Assembly (NCBI GenBank): GCA_001767495.1
Contig: MELA01000099.1
Span: 9,877 to 57,032, forward strand
Direction: 5' to 3'
DNA: 47,156 nucleotides
Origin: Acidobacteria bacterium RIFCSPLOWO2_12_FULL_65_11
GTDB lineage: Bacteria > Acidobacteriota > Vicinamibacteria > Vicinamibacterales > CAVVIG01
A program made the translations under genes and the position numbers. This document shows positions 1 to 9,583 of this stretch, piece by piece. The notes under the pieces are model-generated. The model was not told the DNA's origin, made no database searches, and saw only the letters and a list, made by a program, of their open reading frames with translations. The number at the start of each line of letters is the position of its first letter. Position 1 is the first letter of the stretch.

Positions 1-919
1 GATCGATCGGCCCGGTGAGCGTCCGCGCCAGCCACAGGCTGCCGATCGCCGCGAGCGCTATGCCGCCGAGCGCGATCGTCGCCAGTGTGAGGAGCGCCGA
101 CTGCGTCGCCTGGCGCGTGGCGGCGTCAATCGAATTGAGCGCGTAGATCCGCGCCACGCCGGCATCGAAGAGCGTGCGGACGGCGTGTTCCTCGCCGAGC
201 AGCGTGCGCCTCTCGCCCTCGGCGCTCTCCGTAAACGCGGCGAGCAATTCGGGCGGAAGCGTGCTCGCCACGGGTTTGCCTTCCACGGTGATCACCACCG
301 ATGCCCCGGCCAACTCGGCCAGTTGCCCCGCGTACGCCGCGTCGAGGCTGGTCCCGACGAGCAGCGTGCCGATGTCAGCTTGGTCGAGCCGCAGCGGCGC
401 GCCCGTGACACGGAACGCCCCGCCGGGCACGGTGGCCACGCCCTGACCGCTCCCTCCCGGCATCGGGGCAATCGTGACGCGCAGGCCGTCGGGCCACGCC
501 CGTTGCGCGGGGCCGGCCGCCGTGAAGACGCGGTCGTCGGTGTCGAGGAGGGCAATCACGTTCGCGCTCGTCAGCGACGCGAGCTTTTCCACCTCGATCC
601 GGACCGTCCGCCGTAGCGCCGTCTCCTGATCCTGTGTGAGACCGGAAAACCGACTTTCGGCGAAATAGGTTTCGAGGGCGGCCTTGAGCGTGGGGTTCTC
701 GGTCAGCGTCGACACGACCGCCGCCAGGTCCTGCTGCCGCCGGGCCTCGAGCATCGAGAACAGGCGCGCGCCAGCCCGCAGCTTGTCGGTCTCCGCCGCA
801 CGCACCCGCCCCCGCACGTCGACCGTCAGCACGACGAACACGACGAGCAGGATCACGGCCAGCGTGCTGAAGGTGACGGCCAGCGTGCGAACGATCAGCC
901 GGGGAGGTCCCTTGCGCAT
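1..919 (-). CDS. Membrane sensor/signalling protein, N-terminal part only (TM - periplasmic sensor - TM - start of HAMP); runs off the window edge
   Basis: Not in the ORF track because it is open at the edge. Manual translation from ATG 919: MRKGPPRLIVRTLAVTFSTLAVILLVVFVVL...ALLTLATIALGGIALAAIGSLWLARTLTGPID. The output domain lies outside the window. Confidence 0.75.
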   Translation of the reverse strand, partial: MRKGPPRLIVRTLAVTFSTLAVILLVVFVVLTVDVRGRVRAAETDKLRAGARLFSMLEARRQQDLAAVVSTLTENPTLKAALETYFAESRFSGLTQDQETALRRTVRIEVEKLASLTSANVIALLDTDDRVFTAAGPAQRAWPDGLRVTIAPMPGGSGQGVATVPGGAFRVTGAPLRLDQADIGTLLVGTSLDAAYAGQLAELAGASVVITVEGKPVASTLPPELLAAFTESAEGERRTLLGEEHAVRTLFDAGVARIYALNSIDAATRQATQSALLTLATIALGGIALAAIGSLWLARTLTGPID

Positions 920-925
920 GGCCCG

Positions 926-1633
926 CTACGGCTGCTTCGGCACGGGAAGCACGAAATCGGCCGCCACCGAACGACCCGCCCCGACCGACACCTCGATCGT
1001 GGTATCGCCGAGCCGCTCGTGCCATGCGGTGACCTCGCGCTGACCAGTGGGCACGCCCCTCAGCTCGAACCGCCCCGCCTCGTCGGGAACGGCGAACCAC
1101 GGATGATCGAACACCAACACCGTGGCGCTCATGTGCGAATGGATCTGGCAGAACACCTTCACGAGCCCGGGTCTGTCGAAGCGGATGCGCCGCCGCACAC
1201 CCGTCGGGTAACGGCCGAGGTCGAATGTCGCCGCGCGCGACAGCGAGAACACGTTGTGATAGAACGGGTCCTCGTTGGGAAACTCCACCTCCGACCCGCG
1301 CGTCAGCGCGACCACGCGCGGGACGAACGTCTCGCCGTGCTGGCGTATCTCGGCCTTCATCGCCGCAAGCCCCGGCTGCGGCGGCGCGTCCCGCAGGTAG
1401 ACCACGACGTGGCGCAGCTCGGAGGGCGGCGCGAGGCTATCGGGGCTGACGCTGCGCGCTGGATAAGGAGCGAGCGCGCGCCGCGTCGTGATCGGGACGC
1501 CGATTTCCACGCGTCCGCCGATCACGGCGTCGCCCGCCTGTGTCGCGGCGGCCGGGACCTGCAGGCTGAGCGCGGCGGCGGCCAGCGCGAGGGCCGCGAC
1601 GACCAGCGGGAGGGTGGCGGCGGATTGCTTCAT
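926..1633 (-). CDS. Secreted cupredoxin-like / carboxypeptidase-regulatory-like domain protein
   Basis: Signal peptide (MKQSAATLPLVVAALALAAAALS) and motifs FPNEDPFYHNVFS and FCQIHSHM typical of this family; the start codon is my choice within the longer ORF. Confidence 0.7.
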   Translation of the reverse strand: MKQSAATLPLVVAALALAAAALSLQVPAAATQAGDAVIGGRVEIGVPITTRRALAPYPARSVSPDSLAPPSELRHVVVYLRDAPPQPGLAAMKAEIRQHGETFVPRVVALTRGSEVEFPNEDPFYHNVFSLSRAATFDLGRYPTGVRRRIRFDRPGLVKVFCQIHSHMSATVLVFDHPWFAVPDEAGRFELRGVPTGQREVTAWHERLGDTTIEVSVGAGRSVAADFVLPVPKQP

Positions 1634-1809
1634 GACTCGGTCAAACATTATCGTCGAACATACCCGCGGTTCAACGGTGAAATGGCCCGCTCCCCGAGTC
1701 GGCCGGGGTCGAGATCGAGCGCCGGCTGCAGGACACCGAAGAGCACTTGGCCCGCGGTGAGGGTATTCAGTTCGACGCCACCGGAACGCGAAATCCCAGC
1801 GGTCGTCCA

Positions 1810-1935
1810 TGGCGCAAATGGTGGGGTTTCAGCCTGTCTTCGGACGGACGCAGCCTCGCGTTCGTGATGGGGAAGACGGTCACTGAAGTTTGGGCGCTCG
1901 AGAACTTCCTGCCCGCGCCGAGCGCCAAAAAGTGA
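1810..1935 (+). pseudogene. C-terminal remnant of a PD40/TolB-like beta-propeller protein
   Basis: FSLSSDGRSLAFVMGKTVTEVWALENFLP...KK* resembles the last blade and tail of such proteins; no matching N-terminus upstream. Confidence 0.45.
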
Positions 1936-1962
1936 GGCGATGACCTCAATCGAGTGACGACC

Positions 1963-1998
1963 TCTCCGGGATCGGGTGCCGCCTCCCGATCCCGGAGA
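1963..1998. terminator. Perfect 14-bp-stem hairpin
   Basis: TCTCCGGGATCGGG-N8-CCCGATCCCGGAGA; no U-tract. Confidence 0.45.
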
Positions 1999-2049
1999 TC
2001 CCCACGGCGGCCCATCATCGAGAGACCGGCCCCCAGCGCTCCATCCAGC

Positions 2050-2079
2050 TTGCCGAGGCATAACGCCGAGCGTTATCAT
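2050..2079 (+). promoter_or_regulatory. higBA promoter overlapped by a palindromic operator
   Basis: TTGCCG (2050-2055), 18-bp spacer, TATCAT (2074-2079); inverted repeat ATAACGC-cga-GCGTTAT at 2060-2076. Confidence 0.6.
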
Positions 2080-2084
2080 GGGCG

Positions 2085-2366
2085 GTGATTCGGGGCTTCC
2101 GCGACAGGGATACCGAGCGGCTGTTCGCCCGCCAGCCCGTCAGGAAGTTCGGTCCAGACCTCCAGCGTGTTGCGCTTCGGAAGTTGCGACAGCTCGATGC
2201 GGCGACTGGGCTCGAGGATCTCCGAGTCCCTCCAGGGAACCGGCTGGAGAGACTCGGTGGGGACCGTGCTGGTGAGCACAGCATTCGCCTCAACGATCAG
2301 TGGCGGATCTGTTTCCGCTGGGCGAAGGGCGGCGCGCACGAGGTTGAGATCGTGGACTATCACTGA
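2085..2366 (+). CDS. higB: HigB (RelE/ParE superfamily) toxin
   Basis: 93 aa; PPGNRLERLGGDRAGEHSIRLNDQWRICFRW...EIVDYH signature. Confidence 0.93.
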   Translation: MIRGFRDRDTERLFARQPVRKFGPDLQRVALRKLRQLDAATGLEDLRVPPGNRLERLGGDRAGEHSIRLNDQWRICFRWAKGGAHEVEIVDYH

Positions 2367-2375
2367 GGCGACATC

Positions 2376-2681
2376 ATGCCATCCAAGAAGCTCGAACCCG
2401 TCCATCCCGGAGAAGTCCTGCTGGAGGACTTTCTGAAGCCTCTGGAACTATCGCAGTACCGCGTCGCGAAGGGGCTCGGCGTGCCGCCTCGGCGGATCAA
2501 CGAGATCGTCCTGCGCAAGCGGGCGGTCAGTGCGGACACCGCCTTGCGGCTCGCGAGGTTTTTTGGCACGTCGGCCCGGTTCTGGTTGAATCTTCAGACC
2601 GCCTACGACCTGGACGTGCAGACCGATCGGCTCGCCCACCGTCTACACAAGGAAGTCGAAGTGCTTCCGCGCGCGAGCTGA
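2376..2681 (+). CDS. higA: HigA HTH antitoxin
   Basis: PVHPGEVLLEDFL...ADTALRLARFFGTSARFWLNLQ; toxin-first gene order. Confidence 0.93.
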   Translation: MPSKKLEPVHPGEVLLEDFLKPLELSQYRVAKGLGVPPRRINEIVLRKRAVSADTALRLARFFGTSARFWLNLQTAYDLDVQTDRLAHRLHKEVEVLPRAS

Positions 2682-2738
2682 CAGCGCCTCGCGGCGATCG
2701 CGATTCCTCTGACCGGCGATCCGAAGTTCCCGCCGACC

Positions 2739-3884
2739 CTACCCGGCCAGCACGCGACCCGGGTCCGCCGCGAACGCGGACGCTGGGACGATCTCGATGC
2801 CGTCCTCAGTCACGCGGCGCTTGGGCTCCAGACACACGACGATCCGTCGTACGCGCGAATGATCCGCGCGCAAGTGACGAAGTCCCTTGAGATGGTCGGC
2901 CGTGATCCGTCCGCTCGCCTTGGCTTCAATCGCCACCTCCATCTGACCGACGATGAAGTCCACCTCGATGCCGCTGGCCAGCCGCCAGTACGACAGCTCG
3001 GCGAACGACTCGTGATACGCGTTCCACGCGAGCAGTTCGTGGAGCACCCAGTTCTCGAAGGCCTTGCCGAACAATTCGCCGCCAGGCTGCAGCCGTCCCC
3101 GCCGGGCCAGGTGGTTCACGACCCCCACGTCGGAGAAGTAAAACTTGGGTGCCGCCACCACACGGCGCTTGGGCCGTCGCGTGTACCCCGGAAGCCAGCG
3201 TCCGAGCAGCGTGTCCTCGAGGATGCTGAAGTGGCCTTTGACGGTGTGGCCCGACACGCCACAATCGCGGGCGATGTTCGCGAAGTTCACCAGGTCGCCG
3301 TCGGAGAGGGCCGCCGCGTTGAGGAACGCCGAGAACAGGGGCAGGTTGCGCACCAGTCCCTCGGCCGCGACTTCTTCCTTCAGGTAGTCGCCGACATAGG
3401 ATGCCAGCAGGCGCTCGGGCCGGTCCGACTGGTAGTGCGTCGGCAGGTACCCGTGATTGAGCAGGCGCACCAGGTCCACGTCCTTGCCGATCTCCGCGGC
3501 GGTCAGCCCGCGAAGTTCGTAGCGGACTGCCCGGCCCCCGAGGAGATTGGCGGCGCCGCGCCGCACCTTGCGTGCGCTTGACCCGCACAGGGCGAAGCGG
3601 ATCTTCCGGTGCTCGTGGAGCCAGTGCACCTCGTCGAGCAGGGCCGGCACCTTCTGCACTTCGTCGATGACGACCTGTGCCGGCCGGGGTCCCGAGGCGA
3701 GTTCCTCGCGCAGCAGCTCGGGCCGCTCGAGATACCGGCGATACTCATCCGCCTTGAGCAGGTCGATCCAGACCGCGTCGGGGTACGTCTGGTGGAGCAG
3801 GGTCGTCTTACCGGTCTGCCGGGGCCCCCACAGGAAGAACGTCTCGCGGCCGGCCGGCGGGAGGCGCAACGCTCTTGTGAACAT
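2739..3884 (-). CDS. AAA_14 ATPase with DUF4143 C-terminal domain
   Basis: Walker A GPRQTGKT, Walker B IDEVQK, GSS motif, KFYFSDVG, C-terminal EVDF..IEAK; start MFTRAL at 3884. Confidence 0.85.
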   Translation of the reverse strand: MFTRALRLPPAGRETFFLWGPRQTGKTTLLHQTYPDAVWIDLLKADEYRRYLERPELLREELASGPRPAQVVIDEVQKVPALLDEVHWLHEHRKIRFALCGSSARKVRRGAANLLGGRAVRYELRGLTAAEIGKDVDLVRLLNHGYLPTHYQSDRPERLLASYVGDYLKEEVAAEGLVRNLPLFSAFLNAAALSDGDLVNFANIARDCGVSGHTVKGHFSILEDTLLGRWLPGYTRRPKRRVVAAPKFYFSDVGVVNHLARRGRLQPGGELFGKAFENWVLHELLAWNAYHESFAELSYWRLASGIEVDFIVGQMEVAIEAKASGRITADHLKGLRHLRADHSRVRRIVVCLEPKRRVTEDGIEIVPASAFAADPGRVLAG

Positions 3885-3999
3885 GAACTTCACTTTATCA
3901 TGATTAAATGAACTTACCATGCTCCTCGCCAAAGGCCCGCGCTGCGCCTCCAGGGAATTAGTTGGAGACGCGCCGGCGGCCGCATCGCACTGCCCTGGG

Positions 4000-5535
<1,536 letters not shown>

Positions 5536-5563
5536 GCGACGCTTGGCTCACATCGGGCGGCTG

Positions 5564-6124
5564 TCAGCGAGAGAACGAACGATCGAACAGCTCTTCAATC
5601 GCTCTTCGACCGTTGGGCTGGAGCGACCTCGTGCCGGTGCCGGTGAAATGCGGATGCGCGATGAGGGGGCCGTTCGCCGTGGGCAGCGTCTGCCACTCGC
5701 GGGCGGACCACTTCAGCCAGCGGTCCTTCTCCTGATCGAAGACGTACAGCGGCTTGTTGCAGAGCTTCGCAAACTCCGCGCCCCAGCCGGTGCCGCCGCG
5801 GACGGTGGCGTCGGGGAGAATCGTCCCGACGACGTAGATTTCCTGGCCGGCGTTGATCTGATACCAGAGCGTCTGCAGGACCTTGCGGATGGCGACGCCC
5901 TGTGAGTAGCGGCGGTTCATCAGCTTCGACACGTACTCGAGGCTGACGTCGCCAGAGAGCAACTCCTCGTGATTGAGGACGCGCACGCCGCGCGTACGCT
6001 CGTGGTTGTGGCCGTCGAGGGTGAAGTTCACCTCCTCGACTCCGGCCCGCTCCGCGCACCGGCCGAACTCGGCTTCCGCGCCGGCCGCCCCGCCGCTGAA
6101 GAGGATGCAATCGTCTGCTTTCAT
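5564..6124 (-). CDS. Conserved hypothetical protein, SLOG/DprA-like nucleotide-binding fold
   Basis: N-terminal LFSGGAAGAE and later GGTGWGAEFAKLCNKP motifs; lies between arfB and ABC-F in the same direction. Confidence 0.55.
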   Translation of the reverse strand: MKADDCILFSGGAAGAEAEFGRCAERAGVEEVNFTLDGHNHERTRGVRVLNHEELLSGDVSLEYVSKLMNRRYSQGVAIRKVLQTLWYQINAGQEIYVVGTILPDATVRGGTGWGAEFAKLCNKPLYVFDQEKDRWLKWSAREWQTLPTANGPLIAHPHFTGTGTRSLQPNGRRAIEELFDRSFSR

Positions 6125-6135
6125 GAGATCCAATT

Positions 6136-6552
6136 CTAGTCTTCATCCTTCCTGGTTCGCAGCGCCTTGACCGCGCTCCGCTTCTTCTTCGTCTCCAGGC
6201 GCTTCTCGCGCGAGGCGGCTTTCGGCCTGGTGGGCCGCCGCGTTTTCGGTCGCTTGGCGGCGCGCTGCAGAAGGGCGACGAGCCTGGCCCGCGCAGCCTC
6301 GCGATTCTGGAGCTGCTCGCGATGCACGCGGCTATCGATCAGCAGCACGCCGGCGGTCGTCATGCGGCGTCCGGCGATCGCGACCAGTCGGTCTTTCACG
6401 TCGGGCGGCAGCGACGATCCGCGCACGTCGAACCGCAGCTCGACGGCGGTGGCCACTTTGTTGACGTTCTGACCGCCGGGGCCCGTAGCGCGGACGAAGC
6501 GCTCCTGCACCTCGCGATCGTCGAGCACGATGTCGTCGGTAACCTTGATCAT
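6136..6552 (-). CDS. arfB: Alternative ribosome rescue factor B (peptidyl-tRNA hydrolase)
   Basis: GPGGQNVNKVATAV GGQ motif and basic tail RRPTRP...RLETKKKRS. Confidence 0.92.
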   Translation of the reverse strand: MIKVTDDIVLDDREVQERFVRATGPGGQNVNKVATAVELRFDVRGSSLPPDVKDRLVAIAGRRMTTAGVLLIDSRVHREQLQNREAARARLVALLQRAAKRPKTRRPTRPKAASREKRLETKKKRSAVKALRTRKDED

Positions 6553-6722
6553 GGGGCGTCGCTGTTTGGTTATGTTACGCTCGTCCCACGTCATCCTGCC
6601 TGATGGGGTCGAGCGATCGTTGCGAGGCTGACCGGCGCCGCTTCACAGGATCTTGACGGAACACGGGCCGCGGCAGTACAAGGATCCGGCGACACCACCC
6701 GGGATGGGGAGAATCATAATCA

Positions 6723-8075
6723 ATGAAGAAGCTGCTCGTCTTACTGGCCATTATCTGTCTCGCGTCATCCTGGAACTTTGGCTGGAACTTTGGCTGGAAC
6801 TTCGGCCTCGCCCAGGCTCCGGCGGCCCAGAGCCTGGTCATCACCAACGGACGAATCCTCGACGGCAACGGCCGCGTGATCGAGCGCGGCTCGGTCGTGG
6901 TCCGGGACGGACGGATCGTCTCGGTTTCCGAGGGGACGGCAACCGTCCCGGGCGCACAGCAGCTCGATGCGCAAGGCCGGACCGTCATGCCTGGATTCAT
7001 CGACGGCCATCGTCACGTCATCCAAGGAGATGCGACGCAGTGGCTGAACGAGCAGGCCCGGGCACGGATGCAGGATTATCTTGATGCCGGGTTCACGACC
7101 ATCCTGTCCGCGGGCGACTCCCAGCAGCAGATCCTGGAGCTGCGGCGGCGACTGCAGCAGGGCGAAATCCCTGGTCCCACGCTGATTGTGTCGGGGCGCG
7201 TGGCTTTGGCTGGGCGCGGCGGCGCGCCTGCCACGCCGGCACCCTCTGGTGGCGCGGCGCGCGGCGCGGGTGCCGGCGGCGGGCGCGGAGACCCGGCACG
7301 GTTTGACGTGGCGCGGCCGCCTCTTCGTCCCACACAGGCCGCCCCGGCGATCCCCGACGAGCAGACGCGGGCCGCGGTGCAGGCGCTCAAGGCGGCCGGC
7401 GTGGACGCGATCAAGACGGGGATCACCGTCACGCCCGGCGGCCCCGAGAAGGCGACGCTGACGGTTGTGGCGCAGGAAGCCCGGCGGCTGGGGATTGTGA
7501 CCATCACGCACGCGGTCACCGTCGAGGACACGCTCGCGGCGGTCGAAGCCGGCGTGGACGTGCTCGTGCACACGCCGCATATCGGCCGGTTGGAGGAATC
7601 GGACGCCGCGGTTCAGAAGATTGCCAGGTCGGGCATTCCCATGATGTCCACGCTGGCCATCTTCGTCCCACGGTTTGTCGGCAGCGACAACGTGCCCCAG
7701 TTCCGCGACCTCCTGCCATTTCCCTTCGACACGCTGTCGAGCGCCGGCCAGGGCCCGGTGAATGCGCGTCTGCTGTGGGAGGCCGGCCTCACCTACGGGT
7801 ACGGCACCGACACCAGCTATCGCCCCGTCGACTCGCTCGCGCACGAGCTGAAGCCGCTCAGCCTCGTCTTCTCCTCACGGGACATCGTCCGAATCCTGAC
7901 GCGCAACGCCGCGGTGGCGGTCCGCCGCCTCGACCAGATTGGGACGCTCGAGCCGGGCAAGCTCGCCGACATCACGATCGTCGACGGCGATCCGCTGGCC
8001 GACGTCAACAATGTCCTGAAGGTCGCCGTCGTGGTCAAAGGCGGAAAAATCGTCGTCGACAAACGTCAACGTTAG
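6723..8075 (+). CDS. Secreted amidohydrolase family protein
   Basis: Signal peptide; PGFIDGHRH, THAV, HTPH, YGTD, GTLEPGKLAD motifs. Confidence 0.88.
   Translation: MKKLLVLLAIICLASSWNFGWNFGWNFGLAQAPAAQSLVITNGRILDGNGRVIERGSVVVRDGRIVSVSEGTATVPGAQQLDAQGRTVMPGFIDGHRHVIQGDATQWLNEQARARMQDYLDAGFTTILSAGDSQQQILELRRRLQQGEIPGPTLIVSGRVALAGRGGAPATPAPSGGAARGAGAGGGRGDPARFDVARPPLRPTQAAPAIPDEQTRAAVQALKAAGVDAIKTGITVTPGGPEKATLTVVAQEARRLGIVTITHAVTVEDTLAAVEAGVDVLVHTPHIGRLEESDAAVQKIARSGIPMMSTLAIFVPRFVGSDNVPQFRDLLPFPFDTLSSAGQGPVNARLLWEAGLTYGYGTDTSYRPVDSLAHELKPLSLVFSSRDIVRILTRNAAVAVRRLDQIGTLEPGKLADITIVDGDPLADVNNVLKVAVVVKGGKIVVDKRQR
6770..6805 (+). repeat. 12-bp tandem repeat x3 in the signal-peptide region (WNFG x3)
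   Basis: CTGGAACTTTGG CTGGAACTTTGG CTGGAACTTCGG. Confidence 0.9.
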
Positions 8076-8092
8076 CGATTCGGGAGAACCTG

Positions 8093-9544
8093 ATGCGGCG
8101 TTCATTCAATCTTTCATCCAACCTTTCGACTCTTCGTCCGACTCACGTGATGCTGGCCGCGACGCTGATGGCCGCACTGGTGTTCGCGCAGACGCCCGGC
8201 GATCCGTTTCCGACGCCCATCCCCGCCGCCGACGGCGCGATCAAGGTGGACTTCGTCGAGTTCGCCTCGATTCCCGACAGCGACGGACAGGCGGCCCGGA
8301 TGATGCTGCTCGTCGACGAGCCGGGCACGCGCCGCATGTTCGTCAACGACATGCGCGGCCCGCTCCACAGCGTCAGCTACGACGGCAAGACCGTCACGCA
8401 ATACCTCGATATCAATGCGGCGACTTGGGGAGTGCTCGTCAATTCCACCGGGAACGAGCGCGGTGTCCAGAGCTTCGCCTTCCATCCCCAGTTCGGCCGG
8501 GCCGGCACGCCGGGCTTTGGAAAGTTCTACACGCTGCTCGACACGAGCAATGTCGACCCTCCGCCCGACTTCAGGCCGCTCGGGGCCACCACCAACACGC
8601 ACGATACGGTCCTGCTCGAATGGACCGCCAGAACACCCAGCGCCGCGACATACGACGGCGGCGCGCCGCGCGAGCTGATGCGGTGGGAGCAGCCGTTTGC
8701 CAACCACAACGCCGGCCACCTGACGTTCAATCCGCTCGCGACACCCGCGAGTTCCGACTTCGGGCTGATTTACATGGGCTTTGCCGACGGCGGCAGCGGG
8801 GGCGACCCGCTCAATCTCGCGCAGAACCGGAGCTCGGCGTTCGGGAAGATCCTGCGCATCGACCCGATCGGCAGGAATAGCGCCAACGGCAAGTACGGCA
8901 TTCCGGCCAATAACCCGTTCGTCAACGCCGGCGCTGGCACGCTCGGCGAGATCTACGCCGAGGGCCTGCGCAATCCGCAGCGCTTCGCCTGGGACTCGAG
9001 AAACGGCAGCATGTTTGTGGCCGACATCGGGCAGAACATCGTGGAGAAGGTCAGCCTCGTGACGGCCGGCGCCAACCTCGGGTGGAACAAGTGGGAAGGC
9101 AGCTACCCGTTCGCCGGTCGCGGGATCACGATCGAGAACCTCCGCGGCGATCCGGCGATCATCTATCCGCTGGTCGAGTACGGCCAAGTGGATCCGCTGT
9201 TCCAGCCGCAGTCTGCCGTGACCATGTGCTGCGTCTACCGCCGGACCGAGATCCGTCAGTTGACGGGCCTGGTGCTGTTCGGCGACAACCCGAGCGGAGA
9301 GATCTTCTACTTCAACGCCGACACGCTCCCCAAAGGAGGACAGGATTCCATCCGCCGCGTTCTGTTCAACGACAAGGGCGTCCCAAAGACGCTCCTCCAG
9401 TTGATTCAGGAAAAAGCTGCCGCGCTCGGCAAGCAGCCGGTTTCGCGCGCGGACCTGCGCTTCGGCCCGGGACCGGACGGTCAGATCTTCATTCTCAACA
9501 AGCGTGATGGAACGATTCGCCTGCTCGTTCCCTCGCGTCCCTAA
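8093..9544 (+). CDS. PQQ-dependent sugar dehydrogenase (GSDH/sorbosone-type beta-propeller)
   Basis: QPFANHNAG, ADGGSGGDP..AQN, GKILRIDP, GLRNP, DIGQ motifs; GGAGA ribosome-binding site before ATG 8093. Confidence 0.85.
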   Translation: MRRSFNLSSNLSTLRPTHVMLAATLMAALVFAQTPGDPFPTPIPAADGAIKVDFVEFASIPDSDGQAARMMLLVDEPGTRRMFVNDMRGPLHSVSYDGKTVTQYLDINAATWGVLVNSTGNERGVQSFAFHPQFGRAGTPGFGKFYTLLDTSNVDPPPDFRPLGATTNTHDTVLLEWTARTPSAATYDGGAPRELMRWEQPFANHNAGHLTFNPLATPASSDFGLIYMGFADGGSGGDPLNLAQNRSSAFGKILRIDPIGRNSANGKYGIPANNPFVNAGAGTLGEIYAEGLRNPQRFAWDSRNGSMFVADIGQNIVEKVSLVTAGANLGWNKWEGSYPFAGRGITIENLRGDPAIIYPLVEYGQVDPLFQPQSAVTMCCVYRRTEIRQLTGLVLFGDNPSGEIFYFNADTLPKGGQDSIRRVLFNDKGVPKTLLQLIQEKAAALGKQPVSRADLRFGPGPDGQIFILNKRDGTIRLLVPSRP

Positions 9545-9583
9545 CGAATGCGGCGCCGAACGCGCAGACCTGGGAGCTCAGCC

